DNA of 42,326 nt from Clostridiales bacterium. GTDB lineage: Bacteria > Bacillota > Clostridia > Lachnospirales > WQUN01. A model generated the notes under the pieces. That model did no database searches. It was not told where the DNA came from and saw nothing but the letters and a program-made list of their open reading frames with translations. The translations under genes and the position numbers were made by a program. Where the stretch lies: positions 1 to 42,326 of the forward strand of contig JAISWA010000066.1 in NCBI GenBank assembly GCA_031271275.1. Direction: 5' to 3'. Each line of letters opens with the position of its first letter. Within the stretch, counting starts at the first letter, position 1. Shown in pieces: positions 1 through 8,679 of this stretch.

Positions 1-86
1 GCCCGCGGGTAGCAATAATATCCCCGTTGTTATACAATTGCGTTGTTATTCAGTATTTGAATTTAAATGAGACAGGGGGATCTCAG

Positions 87-1241
87 ATGATTAAAACACA
101 GTCCGCGTGGACTGTCGAAGTGGACGACGGGGAACTTGCCATAAAGGAAATAAAATCCCGGTTGGACCTTAACGGGTTAGGGCGAAACACCATCGGCATT
201 GTGGCGTGTCATTATGAATTTGTGCTGTCTGGGGTTTTAAAGGCGGTATGCGACGCGCTGCCCTTTGAAGTGGCGGGCGTCATATCTTCGTCGCAATCGG
301 TTAACGGGAAAACCGGTTCGCTGCTGCTTACGCTGATGGTGCTGACCGGCGACGGCGTGGAGTTTGTCACGGCGCAGACGCCTTCCCTGCAAACGGAACC
401 GGAGAAGGCGATTACGGAAACTTACGAAAGCGTTCGCCGTAAGGAACGGCCCGCGCTTATATTTACCTTCGCGCCGTTTATGTTACAGAACGCCGGCGAC
501 GATTACGTGAATATACTCACCCGAATATCCGGCGGCGCGCCGTGCTTCGGTTCGTTGGCGGTGGACGACACGGAGGATTACTCCAACTGCTTCATGGTTA
601 ACAGCCGGGGCTATTTCCGCGACGAAATGTCCATGGTTCTCGTCTACGGCGATATCTCGCCGAAATTCTTCATCGCGAATATTTCCGACAATAAAATCCT
701 CGACGCGACCGCGGTCGTGACCAAAAGCGCCGGCCCCCTGATCATGGAAGTCAACGGGCGGCCCATAACGGATTTCTTTGAAAATTACGGGCTGATTAAA
801 GCCGCCGAAACGCAGTACGCCCTGTCTACGCTTCCGTTCCTGCTCGATTATAACGACGGTTCGCCCAAAGTATCCAAGATTTTTGTGGGGCTTACGCCGG
901 AGCGGTACGCCATATGCGCGGGGGCCGTTCCGCAGGGCTGCACGCTTTACGTCACGTCGTCGGACAAAGACGACGTGCTGTTTACCACGGGCGAGGTGAT
1001 GGGGCGCTTGTTGGGCGAAGCCGGAAATATTTCGGGTATGCTCGCCTATTCATGCATCTCGCGGGGCATGGCGCTTGGTGCCGAGCAATTTAGCGAAATG
1101 GATTTGGTGACGGAAAAGATAGGCGGCAGGTTTCCGTTTATGGTTGCGTATTCCGGCGGGGAAATCTGCCCGACCCGGGTGACGGGCAGCGGAGCGGTCA
1201 ACCGTTTCCACAACAACGCGTTCGTCGTGTGCCTGTTCTGA
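87..1241 (+). CDS. FIST-domain (FIST_N/FIST_C-type) sensory protein
   Basis: ORF 27..1241. I prefer the ATG at 87 (MIKTQSAW...), 6 nt after GGGGGA. Size and blocks such as IGIVACHYEF, LAYSCISRG and MVAYSGGEICP fit FIST sensor proteins. The stop overlaps the next gene's start (TGATG). Confidence 0.75.
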   Translation: MIKTQSAWTVEVDDGELAIKEIKSRLDLNGLGRNTIGIVACHYEFVLSGVLKAVCDALPFEVAGVISSSQSVNGKTGSLLLTLMVLTGDGVEFVTAQTPSLQTEPEKAITETYESVRRKERPALIFTFAPFMLQNAGDDYVNILTRISGGAPCFGSLAVDDTEDYSNCFMVNSRGYFRDEMSMVLVYGDISPKFFIANISDNKILDATAVVTKSAGPLIMEVNGRPITDFFENYGLIKAAETQYALSTLPFLLDYNDGSPKVSKIFVGLTPERYAICAGAVPQGCTLYVTSSDKDDVLFTTGEVMGRLLGEAGNISGMLAYSCISRGMALGAEQFSEMDLVTEKIGGRFPFMVAYSGGEICPTRVTGSGAVNRFHNNAFVVCLF

Positions 1242-2947
1242 TGGATACGCCCCGCCCGGAAGATTTACGCGGCGAGAACAGGGAGCTCCGGCTTGAGATA
1301 AAAAAGCTGGAGCGGGAGCTTCGCGTTTCCAAAAGCTACCTGGACAAAGTAATCAAAGCGTCCGAGGGCAAGGATACCCTCGGCAAAGCGCTTATGGAAG
1401 CAAACGCAAAGCAGCGGGCGTATACGGACATGCTGCTTAAAAGCTGCCCCAACATCATTATTTTGCTTGACGCGGACGGCAATTTTGTCATGTGTACCGA
1501 CGCGTTCCTTTCGGAAACCGGCACGCCCAATTTTAATTATATCAAGGACAAAAATTACCTTGAGGTACTGGGGCAATATTTCAGCGCCGATAGCATGGAA
1601 ATATTTCGGGAAACGGTGGACAGGGCGCTTTCTTCAGACGAGACGGCGGGGTTCAACCTGTGGGCTGACTTCGCGCTTAACGGCGAGAGGCGTTTTTATT
1701 CCGTGGAAATGCGCAGAGCCGGCGCCGGTTTAAGCGGAGACGCTGAAATCGTCGCCGGCGTTTTAATTGTCATGGTAGACCTTACCGACGTGATGCGCGA
1801 GAAGCAGCGGGCGGAGTCCGCCAACCGCGCCAAGTCCGATTTCCTCGCTGCCATGAGCCACGAGATACGCACGCCGATGAACGTGATTCTGGGGTTGGGG
1901 GAAATGTTGGAACGCTCCGACGTTACGGGCAGCAACCGCCGGTATGTTTCGGATATCCGGAAATCGGCGAACGCGCTGCTTTCCATCATCAACGACATCC
2001 TTGACTTCTCGAAGATAGAAGCGGGCAGGATGGAACTTTCCGCCGCAAATTACAACCTTCCGCTGCTGCTCGACAGCATTTCGTCCGTGTTCACGCTGCT
2101 TTGCCGGGAAAAGGGGATTGAGATGACCCACCTCTTTGACGCCCGCCTTCCGGAAACCGTATACGGCGACGAAGGGCGGCTGCGGCAGGTGCTGACCAAT
2201 TTGCTTTCCAACGCCGTAAAATATACCAAGCAGGGCGGGGTAACGCTGCGCGCCTGGGCGGAAAACGGCACGCTGCGGTTTGACGTTACCGACACGGGCA
2301 TAGGGATTAAGGACGTGGACACGGAAAAGCTTTTTAAACCTTTCGAGCAGTTGGACGCCATCAAAAATAAAAACGTGGTCGGCACCGGGCTCGGGCTTGC
2401 GATCACGTATAATCTTTGCAAATTAATGGGCGGCTCCGTCTGGCTTGAGAGCGAATACGAGAAGGGCTCGGTATTTTCCGTCCGGCTTCCCTATACCGCG
2501 GCAAAACGGGAAGAAAAAACCGACGAGCCCGCAATCGGGGAATTTTCCGCAAGCGAAGCGCGGGTGCTCGTGGTGGACGATATTGACATCAACCTTTCGG
2601 TTGCGGAGGAATTGCTCAGTATATTTGATATCAAACCCGATTTGGCGCAGAGCGGGGAAGAAGCGCTGCGCAAAGCCCGGGAAAAAGAATACGACATCAT
2701 TTTTATGGACCATATGATGCCGCAAATGGATGGGATGGAAGCGACGCGGTATATCCGCAAAATGGGCGGCTCACGCGCCGCCGTTCCAATCATCGCGCTT
2801 ACCGCGAATATAATCAGCGGAATGGATCAGTTATATTTGGAAAACGGGATGAACGATTTCCTGCCGAAACCTCTTGAGATACCCGCGCTAAGCGCCTGTT
2901 TAAGCAAGTGGCTGCCCGCGCGGGTTATGGCAACCGCTATAACTTAA
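1241..2947 (+). CDS. hybrid sensor histidine kinase (coiled coil/PAS-like, HisKA, HATPase_c, receiver)
   Basis: H-box SHEIRTPMN. N/G boxes LLSNAVKYT, DTGIGI, GTGLGLAI. C-terminal receiver VLVVDDIDIN...IIFMDHMMPQMDG...ALTA...LPKP. ATG at 1241 overlaps the FIST stop; the GTG at 1229 is an alternative start. Confidence 0.9.
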   Translation: MDTPRPEDLRGENRELRLEIKKLERELRVSKSYLDKVIKASEGKDTLGKALMEANAKQRAYTDMLLKSCPNIIILLDADGNFVMCTDAFLSETGTPNFNYIKDKNYLEVLGQYFSADSMEIFRETVDRALSSDETAGFNLWADFALNGERRFYSVEMRRAGAGLSGDAEIVAGVLIVMVDLTDVMREKQRAESANRAKSDFLAAMSHEIRTPMNVILGLGEMLERSDVTGSNRRYVSDIRKSANALLSIINDILDFSKIEAGRMELSAANYNLPLLLDSISSVFTLLCREKGIEMTHLFDARLPETVYGDEGRLRQVLTNLLSNAVKYTKQGGVTLRAWAENGTLRFDVTDTGIGIKDVDTEKLFKPFEQLDAIKNKNVVGTGLGLAITYNLCKLMGGSVWLESEYEKGSVFSVRLPYTAAKREEKTDEPAIGEFSASEARVLVVDDIDINLSVAEELLSIFDIKPDLAQSGEEALRKAREKEYDIIFMDHMMPQMDGMEATRYIRKMGGSRAAVPIIALTANIISGMDQLYLENGMNDFLPKPLEIPALSACLSKWLPARVMATAIT

Positions 2948-3116
2948 TGTCTATGCCCCCGCCGCTCTGCGGCTGTGTTTCCTGTATCATTTCCACGAGC
3001 TGCGCGCCTGTCTGCTCCATTTGGTCCATTGTCTTTTTCAGCATGGAAACGCCGTGCTGCTGCTGTGTTTTCGCCTGCGACATTTGAATCGAAAGCGCCG
3101 CTATACCCATGTCCAT
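2937..3116 (-). CDS. YjfB-family small protein (putative motility-associated protein family)
   Basis: MDMGIAALSIQMSQAKTQQQHGVSMLKKTMDQMEQTGAQLVEMI...GGIDIKL matches the YjfB-type pattern. The ATG at 3116 is preceded by AGGGGG. The 82-aa extension to 3185 has no RBS and would overlap rlmD. Confidence 0.6.
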   Translation of the reverse strand: MDMGIAALSIQMSQAKTQQQHGVSMLKKTMDQMEQTGAQLVEMIQETQPQSGGGIDIKL

Positions 3117-3150
3117 TGCCAATAACCCCCTGTTTTTATCGTAAATTCCT

Positions 3151-4614
3151 TCATAAGCTGTATCGGCAGAAACCGGTTCCCACATCAGTATAATAATTTG
3201 CGGTTAAGAGCGCCACCGCCTCCACCTTCCCCGTCTGGGGGAACATGTCCACCGGCTGTACTTTTTCCAACCCGTACCCGCCTTCCCGTAAAAGCTTTAT
3301 ATCCCGGGCGAGCGTAGCCGGGTCGCAGGAAATATAAATCACCTTTGGAATACGCGCGAAAGAAACCGCGTCGAGCAGCGCGCGCCCGCAGCCCTTGCGG
3401 GGCGGGTCAAGGAATACGGCTGAAATATTTTCTTCCGCTTCCCCGCCGTTTTTCCCCCTTATTATTTTTTCCACTTCTTCCTCCGCCGCGCCGCAAACAA
3501 ACCGCGCGTTTTTTATGCCGTTTTGCTCTGCGTTGTAAACCGCGTCGTCCACCGCCTCCCCCACGATTTCCACTCCGTAAACGAAACGCGCCTGCTTTGC
3601 CGCGTACAGCGCCACGCCCCCTACCCCCGCGTGGGCGTCTATAACCGTTTCGTTGCCCGTGAACCCGCCGAATTTGAGCGCGGTGTCGTACAAAACTTTC
3701 GTCTGCGCCGGGTTTACCTGAAAAAAGGAACGCGCCGAAAGCCGGTAAGTGATATCGCCGACGGACTCGCGGATATACCCGTCGCCGGTAAGTACCCGGA
3801 AACGGTCGCCGAGTATGACATTGCCGCGCTTTGTGTTGGGGTTGATGATTACCGTGCTCGCCCCCGCGTCCGTAAACAGCTTCGCCAACTCCTTTTCCCA
3901 GGGGCAGCGGTCGCCGTTGATAATCAGCGCCGCCATCACCTCGCCGGAACTGAAGCTTGCCTTGACCATAACATGGCGCACTAACCCGGTGTGGGAATTT
4001 TCATCGTAGGGCGGTACGCCGTAACGGGACAGGTAAAGCCGCGCCGCTTCCAAAATCGCGGCGTGAGCGGGGTGTTGGATATGGCAGGACGCAACGGGAA
4101 TGATCTTGTGCGAGCGGGGCGCGTACAAACCGATGCCCTCCCCCGCCGGGAACTGCCCCTTGCCCCGGTAATGGAAAGGCTCCGCCATTCCGAGTACGTC
4201 CGCCACCGGAGGGTTTTCCACCTTCCCAATCCTACGCAGCGCGTCCTCCACCATGCGCTTCTTAAAGATTAACTGCGCGGAATACGCGCAGTGCTGAAAC
4301 TGGCACCCGCCGCAGCGGGAGGCGACGGGACACGCCGGGTCTGCGCGGTGCGGGGAGGGGGTGAGGATTTTTTCAATTTTCCCGTAAGCGAAGCGGGGCT
4401 TGATTTTTAATAAACGGACGCGCAAAACATCCCCCGGCAGCGCCCCGTCCACAAACACGGCGAAACCTTCGTGTTTGCCGATGCCAAAGCCGTCGGAATC
4501 CACGTCGTCGATGGAAAGCGGAACGACCGCGTTTTTGCGGGGCGGCGCGGTTAATGCGCGGGCATTTCCGAGGCGGCTATCCACAGGATCAAATTCCAAA
4601 AACAAGACCTCCAT
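3151..4614 (-). CDS. rlmD: TRAM-domain 23S rRNA (uracil-C5)-methyltransferase, RlmD/RumA family
   Basis: N-terminal TRAM-like segment (GDVLRVRLLKIKPRFAYGKI). Fe-S Cys cluster CPVASRCGGCQFQHC. SAM-binding VIDAHAGVGGV, catalytic FLDPPRKG and YISCDP motifs. Confidence 0.85.
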   Translation of the reverse strand: MEVLFLEFDPVDSRLGNARALTAPPRKNAVVPLSIDDVDSDGFGIGKHEGFAVFVDGALPGDVLRVRLLKIKPRFAYGKIEKILTPSPHRADPACPVASRCGGCQFQHCAYSAQLIFKKRMVEDALRRIGKVENPPVADVLGMAEPFHYRGKGQFPAGEGIGLYAPRSHKIIPVASCHIQHPAHAAILEAARLYLSRYGVPPYDENSHTGLVRHVMVKASFSSGEVMAALIINGDRCPWEKELAKLFTDAGASTVIINPNTKRGNVILGDRFRVLTGDGYIRESVGDITYRLSARSFFQVNPAQTKVLYDTALKFGGFTGNETVIDAHAGVGGVALYAAKQARFVYGVEIVGEAVDDAVYNAEQNGIKNARFVCGAAEEEVEKIIRGKNGGEAEENISAVFLDPPRKGCGRALLDAVSFARIPKVIYISCDPATLARDIKLLREGGYGLEKVQPVDMFPQTGKVEAVALLTANYYTDVGTGFCRYSL

Positions 4615-4660
4615 GAGAATGAACTTTTCTTTGCGTTTGGGAATCCGATTTTACTATAAA

Positions 4661-4750
4661 CCCTGCGGGCGGGAAAGGTGGCAAAAATGTCACCTTTCCC
4701 GCTTTTTGTTGAAACAAAAGCGCCATGTGTAATATAAAAAGCATTAGAGA
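4661..4750 (+). repeat. copy 1 of a duplicated intergenic module: 10-bp-stem palindrome, T-run, then -35/-10
   Basis: The core 4671..4746 aligns by hand with 15749..15823 at 64 of 76 positions. It contains GGGAAAGGTG (4671-4680), a 10-nt spacer, and CACCTTTCCC (4691-4700). Confidence 0.8.
4709..4738 (+). promoter_or_regulatory. sigma-A-type promoter candidate for the 4785.. operon (TTGAAA-N18-TATAAA)
   Basis: TTGAAA at 4709-4714 and TATAAA at 4733-4738 (or ATATAA with a 17-nt spacer), about 47 nt upstream of the ATG at 4785. The same hexamers and spacing recur in copy 2. Confidence 0.45.
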
Positions 4751-4784
4751 AAGGTTAACCAATAAATAAAGGGAGGACGTTGAC

Positions 4785-6605
4785 ATGCAATTTGAATTTT
4801 CCGACTCGATCGGGGGTTACATAAAAACTTTTGACAGGGAGCGGCGCCGCTTTGTCCTCACCACCACCGACGGGCGGGACTTTACCGTTAAGCTGACCCC
4901 CAATATTTACGCGCGTATGGCGCGTAACTTAGGCGAGCCTTATCAGGACGCCAGCGGACAGCTTTACGACCTGCTCGCGCCGGGGCGGTTCCTGTTCGCT
5001 TACGGCACCTATTACCCGGACGCGCCGGAAGTGATGGAAGCGCAGTACATAGACTTCCAGGGCAAGGCGTTGGGTAAGTTCCGCTTTGAGGAACCCGACT
5101 GGTGGGTGAAGCAGGCCAAAAGCATCGCGGAATTTTTTATCGCCGCCCAGTTCGACAAAGACGGGGACGGCTATAAAATCAATTACGACACCTACCGCAC
5201 GGAAGTCAGCGTGACGGGGGAACGCCAAAGCACGTTCCGGCAGGAGACGGACACGATTTCCCGGATGGTTTACGGCCTTGCGAGCACCTACCTGCTGACC
5301 GGGGAGGAAATTTTCCTGGATGCCGCCGAAGCCGGGACCCGGTACCTGCAAAAGCATATGCGCTTTTACGACACCGACGAAAACGTGGTCTACTGGTATC
5401 ACGGCATCGACGTAAAGAACGGGCGCGAGACGAAGGTGTTCGCCTCCGAGTTCGGGGACGATTACGAAGCCGTTCCCATGTACGAGCAAATCTACGCGCT
5501 AGCGGGGCCTACGCAGACTTACCGCGTAAGCGGCGACCCGTCCGTTATGCGGGACATCAACCTGACCATGGATTTGTTCGAGCGATTCTTTAAAGACAAA
5601 GAAAAAGGCGGGTACTATTCCCATATCGACCCCATTACGTTAAGCGCGCATACCCGGTCCCTCGGTAAGAACACCGCCAAAAAGAACTGGAACTCCGTCG
5701 GCGACCACGCCCCCGCTTATTTAATCAACCTGTGGCTTGCCACCGGAAGCGGCGCGCACAAAGATTTTCTGGAATATACCGCCGATTGCATTACCCAACG
5801 CTTCCCCGATTACGAAAGCAGCCCCTTCGTTAACGAGCGTTTCTTTGACGACTGGAGCCGCGACCAGTCATGGGACTGGCAGCAAAACCGCGCCGTTGTG
5901 GGGCATAACTTAAAAATAGCGTGGAACCTCATGCGCATTTACAGCATCGTCCCGAAAAAAGAATACGCGGCGCTTGCCGAAAAAATCGCGGCGTTAATGC
6001 CCCGGTACGGTATGGACGCCCAACGCGGCGGTTGGTACGACGTGGTGGAGCGCGTCATCAGGGAAGGGGAAACCATGCCCCGTTTCGCGTGGCACGACCG
6101 CAAGGCGTGGTGGCAGCAGGAACAGGGCATTCTGGCGTATCAAATCCTGTACGGAATACTTAAAAAAGAAGATTACCTTAAATACGCCCGGGAATCCGCC
6201 GCGTTTTACAATACCTATTTTTTGGACCATAACGACGGCGCGGTGTTCTTTAACGTCCTCGCCAACGGCCTGCCCTACGCGCTTGGGACCGAAAGGCTCA
6301 AGGGCAGCCATTCCATGAGCTGCTATCATTCCATCGAGTTGGCGTACCTTGCGCAGGTATATACCAATCTCTTGTCCGCGGGCAAGCCCCTCGATTTGTA
6401 TTTTAAGCCGGTACCCGGCGGTTTCCCCGACGGAATACTGCGGGTTTCGCCGGATATACTTCCCCCGGGCAGTATTAAAATTGCCGCGGTGACCGTTGAC
6501 GGCGAGCCCTATGACGGTTTCGACGCCCACCACCTGACCGTTAACATCCCCGACGTAAAACACCGCCCGAAAATAAAAGTGACGGTCGAACCGGTACAGG
6601 CGTAA
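4785..6605 (+). CDS. AGE-superfamily (N-acylglucosamine 2-epimerase-like, (alpha/alpha)6) protein with N- and C-terminal extensions
   Basis: 606 aa, with RBS GGGAGGA at 4771-4777. Helical-repeat blocks typical of AGE/YihS-like enzymes: ISRMVYGLASTYLLTG, MYEQIYALAG, GGYYSHIDP, VVGHNLKIAWNLMRIY, GGWYDVVER, KAWWQQEQGILAY. The specific activity cannot be inferred. Confidence 0.6.
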   Translation: MQFEFSDSIGGYIKTFDRERRRFVLTTTDGRDFTVKLTPNIYARMARNLGEPYQDASGQLYDLLAPGRFLFAYGTYYPDAPEVMEAQYIDFQGKALGKFRFEEPDWWVKQAKSIAEFFIAAQFDKDGDGYKINYDTYRTEVSVTGERQSTFRQETDTISRMVYGLASTYLLTGEEIFLDAAEAGTRYLQKHMRFYDTDENVVYWYHGIDVKNGRETKVFASEFGDDYEAVPMYEQIYALAGPTQTYRVSGDPSVMRDINLTMDLFERFFKDKEKGGYYSHIDPITLSAHTRSLGKNTAKKNWNSVGDHAPAYLINLWLATGSGAHKDFLEYTADCITQRFPDYESSPFVNERFFDDWSRDQSWDWQQNRAVVGHNLKIAWNLMRIYSIVPKKEYAALAEKIAALMPRYGMDAQRGGWYDVVERVIREGETMPRFAWHDRKAWWQQEQGILAYQILYGILKKEDYLKYARESAAFYNTYFLDHNDGAVFFNVLANGLPYALGTERLKGSHSMSCYHSIELAYLAQVYTNLLSAGKPLDLYFKPVPGGFPDGILRVSPDILPPGSIKIAAVTVDGEPYDGFDAHHLTVNIPDVKHRPKIKVTVEPVQA

Positions 6606-6615
6606 GGAGGTATTT

Positions 6616-6945
6616 ATGGAAATCATAAAAAAGAAAGACGGCTCCGCGGATATTTTTAAAATAAACGGACGCCTCGACGTGCTCGGCTCCCAAAAAGCGC
6701 AGGACGAAATCATTCCCGCGATACCGAAAGGCGGCAAGCTCATCTTGGACATGACGGACTGTGATTATGTGGCGAGTTCCGGGCTGCGCGTGCTGCTTAT
6801 CGCCGCCAAGCAGTCCGCCGCGGCGGGGTGCAAGACGGTGCTTGCCGGGGTGCAGCCCATGGTATGGGACGTCATACTTATGACGGGCTTTGAGGATGTG
6901 TTAGAGGCTTACCCGACGCAGAAAGATGCGCTAAGCAGCCTCTAA
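6616..6945 (+). CDS. STAS-domain anti-sigma-factor antagonist (SpoIIAA/RsbV-like), copy 1
   Basis: 109 aa. RBS AAGGAGG overlaps the upstream stop. Motif LDMTDCDYVASSGLRVLL carries the conserved phosphorylatable Ser position. Confidence 0.85.
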   Translation: MEIIKKKDGSADIFKINGRLDVLGSQKAQDEIIPAIPKGGKLILDMTDCDYVASSGLRVLLIAAKQSAAAGCKTVLAGVQPMVWDVILMTGFEDVLEAYPTQKDALSSL

Positions 6946-7034
6946 AAACGCAAAATCGCGTTTGACCTGTGGTTACCGCGGCAAAATATGGGGAAAACTT
7001 AACTGTCGCGCAAAAAAATATAGGAGGATTTTTT

Positions 7035-7340
7035 ATGCAGTTTATTCAATCAACCGGCGAAAACACCGTCGTCACCTTAAAAGACCGGCTGGATTATTCC
7101 ACCGCCGCGGCACTGATGGAGGAACTTAAAACCCTTGTGGGGCAGGACATTAAACGTATAGACTTCCACTGCGGGGACTTGGCGTACATATCGAGCACCG
7201 GCATCCGCTGCATGGTGTTCGTTAAACAAAAAATCGACAAGAACGTGGATTTGGATGTGTGCCTGCACCATGTCCGGCAGGAAGTGAAAGATGTTTTTAC
7301 ACTCAGCGGGCTTGAGGATTATTTTGAATTTGTGGATTAG
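7035..7340 (+). CDS. STAS-domain anti-sigma-factor antagonist, copy 2
   Basis: ATG at 7035 follows AGGAGGA (7022-7028); the longer ORF from 6969 lacks an RBS. Motif DFHCGDLAYISSTGIRCMVF retains the Ser. Confidence 0.8.
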   Translation: MQFIQSTGENTVVTLKDRLDYSTAAALMEELKTLVGQDIKRIDFHCGDLAYISSTGIRCMVFVKQKIDKNVDLDVCLHHVRQEVKDVFTLSGLEDYFEFVD

Positions 7341-7352
7341 GGTGGTATTCAT

Positions 7353-7769
7353 TTGAGTACAGCGCGGAACGTATACAGGGCCGACCTTGCCTCCGTACCC
7401 GAAATGATGAGGGCGGTGGAGGATAGTTTAACGGGTAAGCCGGAAAAGTTCGCTTATTCCATGAAGCTTATCTGCGAGGAAATCCTTGTAAATATCGTCA
7501 GCTACGCCTATCCGGAAATGGAAACGGGGGAGCTGACCATAAACTGGTACGACGATACGGAAAATCAAAGGCTGACTATCGTCTTTGAGGATTCCGGCGC
7601 GCCTTTTAACCCGCTGCTGAAGGAATCCCCCGACCTGTCCGTGCCTATGGCGGAGCGCAAAATCGGCGGCCTCGGGATTATGATGGTGCGCGAGTTGTCG
7701 GACGCCGTCCGGTACGCCTATGAAAACGGGAAAAATATCCTTACCGTTGAAAAAAATTATGGGGATTGA
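7353..7769 (+). CDS. RsbW/SpoIIAB-like anti-sigma-factor serine kinase (HATPase_c_2 type)
   Basis: 138 aa with a TTG start at 7353. N-box-like EEILVNIVSYAY, then FEDSGAPFNP, then KIGGLGIMMVRELSD. Confidence 0.8.
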   Translation: MSTARNVYRADLASVPEMMRAVEDSLTGKPEKFAYSMKLICEEILVNIVSYAYPEMETGELTINWYDDTENQRLTIVFEDSGAPFNPLLKESPDLSVPMAERKIGGLGIMMVRELSDAVRYAYENGKNILTVEKNYGD

Positions 7770-8679
7770 TTTTCAGCCGCTCACGCTAAAACATAAAAGC
7801 ACCGTGGAAAAATATATGTTCCCCTTCGGCGAAGGCTCCTGTCAGCACTCGTTTACCGGCATGTTTTACACCAACGACAAATACGCCCACGCCGTGTGCG
7901 AAACGGAAGGCGCTTTGCTTGTGCGCCGGGAAAAACTCGGGGACGAACGCTTCCGCGTTTATCTTATGCCCATGGGGCAGGGGGATATAGCGCCTGCCCT
8001 CAAGAAGCTGCGCGCGGACGCGCGGGCTCATTCCGCGCTAATCAAGTTGGAAACGGTTACGGAAAAAGCGAAGGATATGATGGAGGCTCGCTTTCCCGGT
8101 ATGTTTATTACCGAGGAAGCGCGTGATTACGCGGAGTACCTGTATTTTACGGATAAACTGGCAGAACTGCCCGGCAGTTCCCTGTCGGGCAAGCGGCGGG
8201 ACGTGAACCACTTTTGGCGGCGGTACGAAGGCCGCATACGGATAAAAGACATGGCGGCGGAAGACGCCGGAGAAGTGCGGGCGTTTCAGTCCGCGTGGCT
8301 TAAAGAACGCGAGGGGCGGGAAGATTTTTGCCACCTGCTCCGCGAAGACGCCGCCGTCGCCCGGGGGTTGGAAAATTTCAACGCCTTAGGGCTGCGCGGA
8401 ATACTGCTTTATGTGGACGGCGCGCTCAGGGGGTTCGCCTACGGCGCGCAAATATCAAACGACACTTTCGATATCATGGCGGAAAAAGGCGACACGCGAA
8501 TCAAGGATATTTACAGGGTCTTGAACATGGAAAATGTGCGGCGCTGCTGCGCCGGTCTGCGCTACGTGAATTATGAGGAGGATATCGGTCTGCCGGGGCT
8601 TCGCAAGTTAAAGCTTTCCTATAAACCGGATATCTTAATGAAAAAATACATAATGAAAGAAGCGGCGGGCGTTGAATAA
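7759..8679 (+). CDS. DUF2156 family protein (homologous to the MprF C-terminal aminoacyl-PG synthase domain; GNAT-like)
   Basis: MGIDFQPLTLKHK...SCQHSFTGMF...RDYAEYLY...LSGKRRDVNHF...AEKGDTRIKDIYRVLNME...YVNYEEDIGLPGLRKLKLSYKP follows the DUF2156 pattern. The ATG at 7759 overlaps the kinase gene by 11 nt. Confidence 0.75.
   Translation: MGIDFQPLTLKHKSTVEKYMFPFGEGSCQHSFTGMFYTNDKYAHAVCETEGALLVRREKLGDERFRVYLMPMGQGDIAPALKKLRADARAHSALIKLETVTEKAKDMMEARFPGMFITEEARDYAEYLYFTDKLAELPGSSLSGKRRDVNHFWRRYEGRIRIKDMAAEDAGEVRAFQSAWLKEREGREDFCHLLREDAAVARGLENFNALGLRGILLYVDGALRGFAYGAQISNDTFDIMAEKGDTRIKDIYRVLNMENVRRCCAGLRYVNYEEDIGLPGLRKLKLSYKPDILMKKYIMKEAAGVE

Noticed and set aside
4671-4700. Reading the GGGAAAGGTG-N10-CACCTTTCCC hairpin plus T-run as a plain Rho-independent terminator
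   Set aside because: In both copies no co-directional gene ends upstream of it, because the neighbours are divergently transcribed. The hairpin is conserved together with a -35/-10 pair immediately downstream. I therefore treat it as part of a promoter/operator module, although an insulator role remains possible.
6962-6989. Possible internal promoter (TTGACC-N16-AAATAT) between the two STAS genes
   Set aside because: The -10 hexamer matches the consensus at only 3 of 6 positions. This is not distinguishable from chance without start-site data.
6969-7034. N-terminal extensions proposed by the ORF track (6969, 7720, 13458, 15736, 22357, 30780, 39488, 27, 3185)
   Set aside because: In each case an internal ATG has a good GGAGG-type RBS, or overlaps the upstream stop, and matches the usual N-terminus of the family. 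The extensions encode atypical sequence or run into intergenic repeats.
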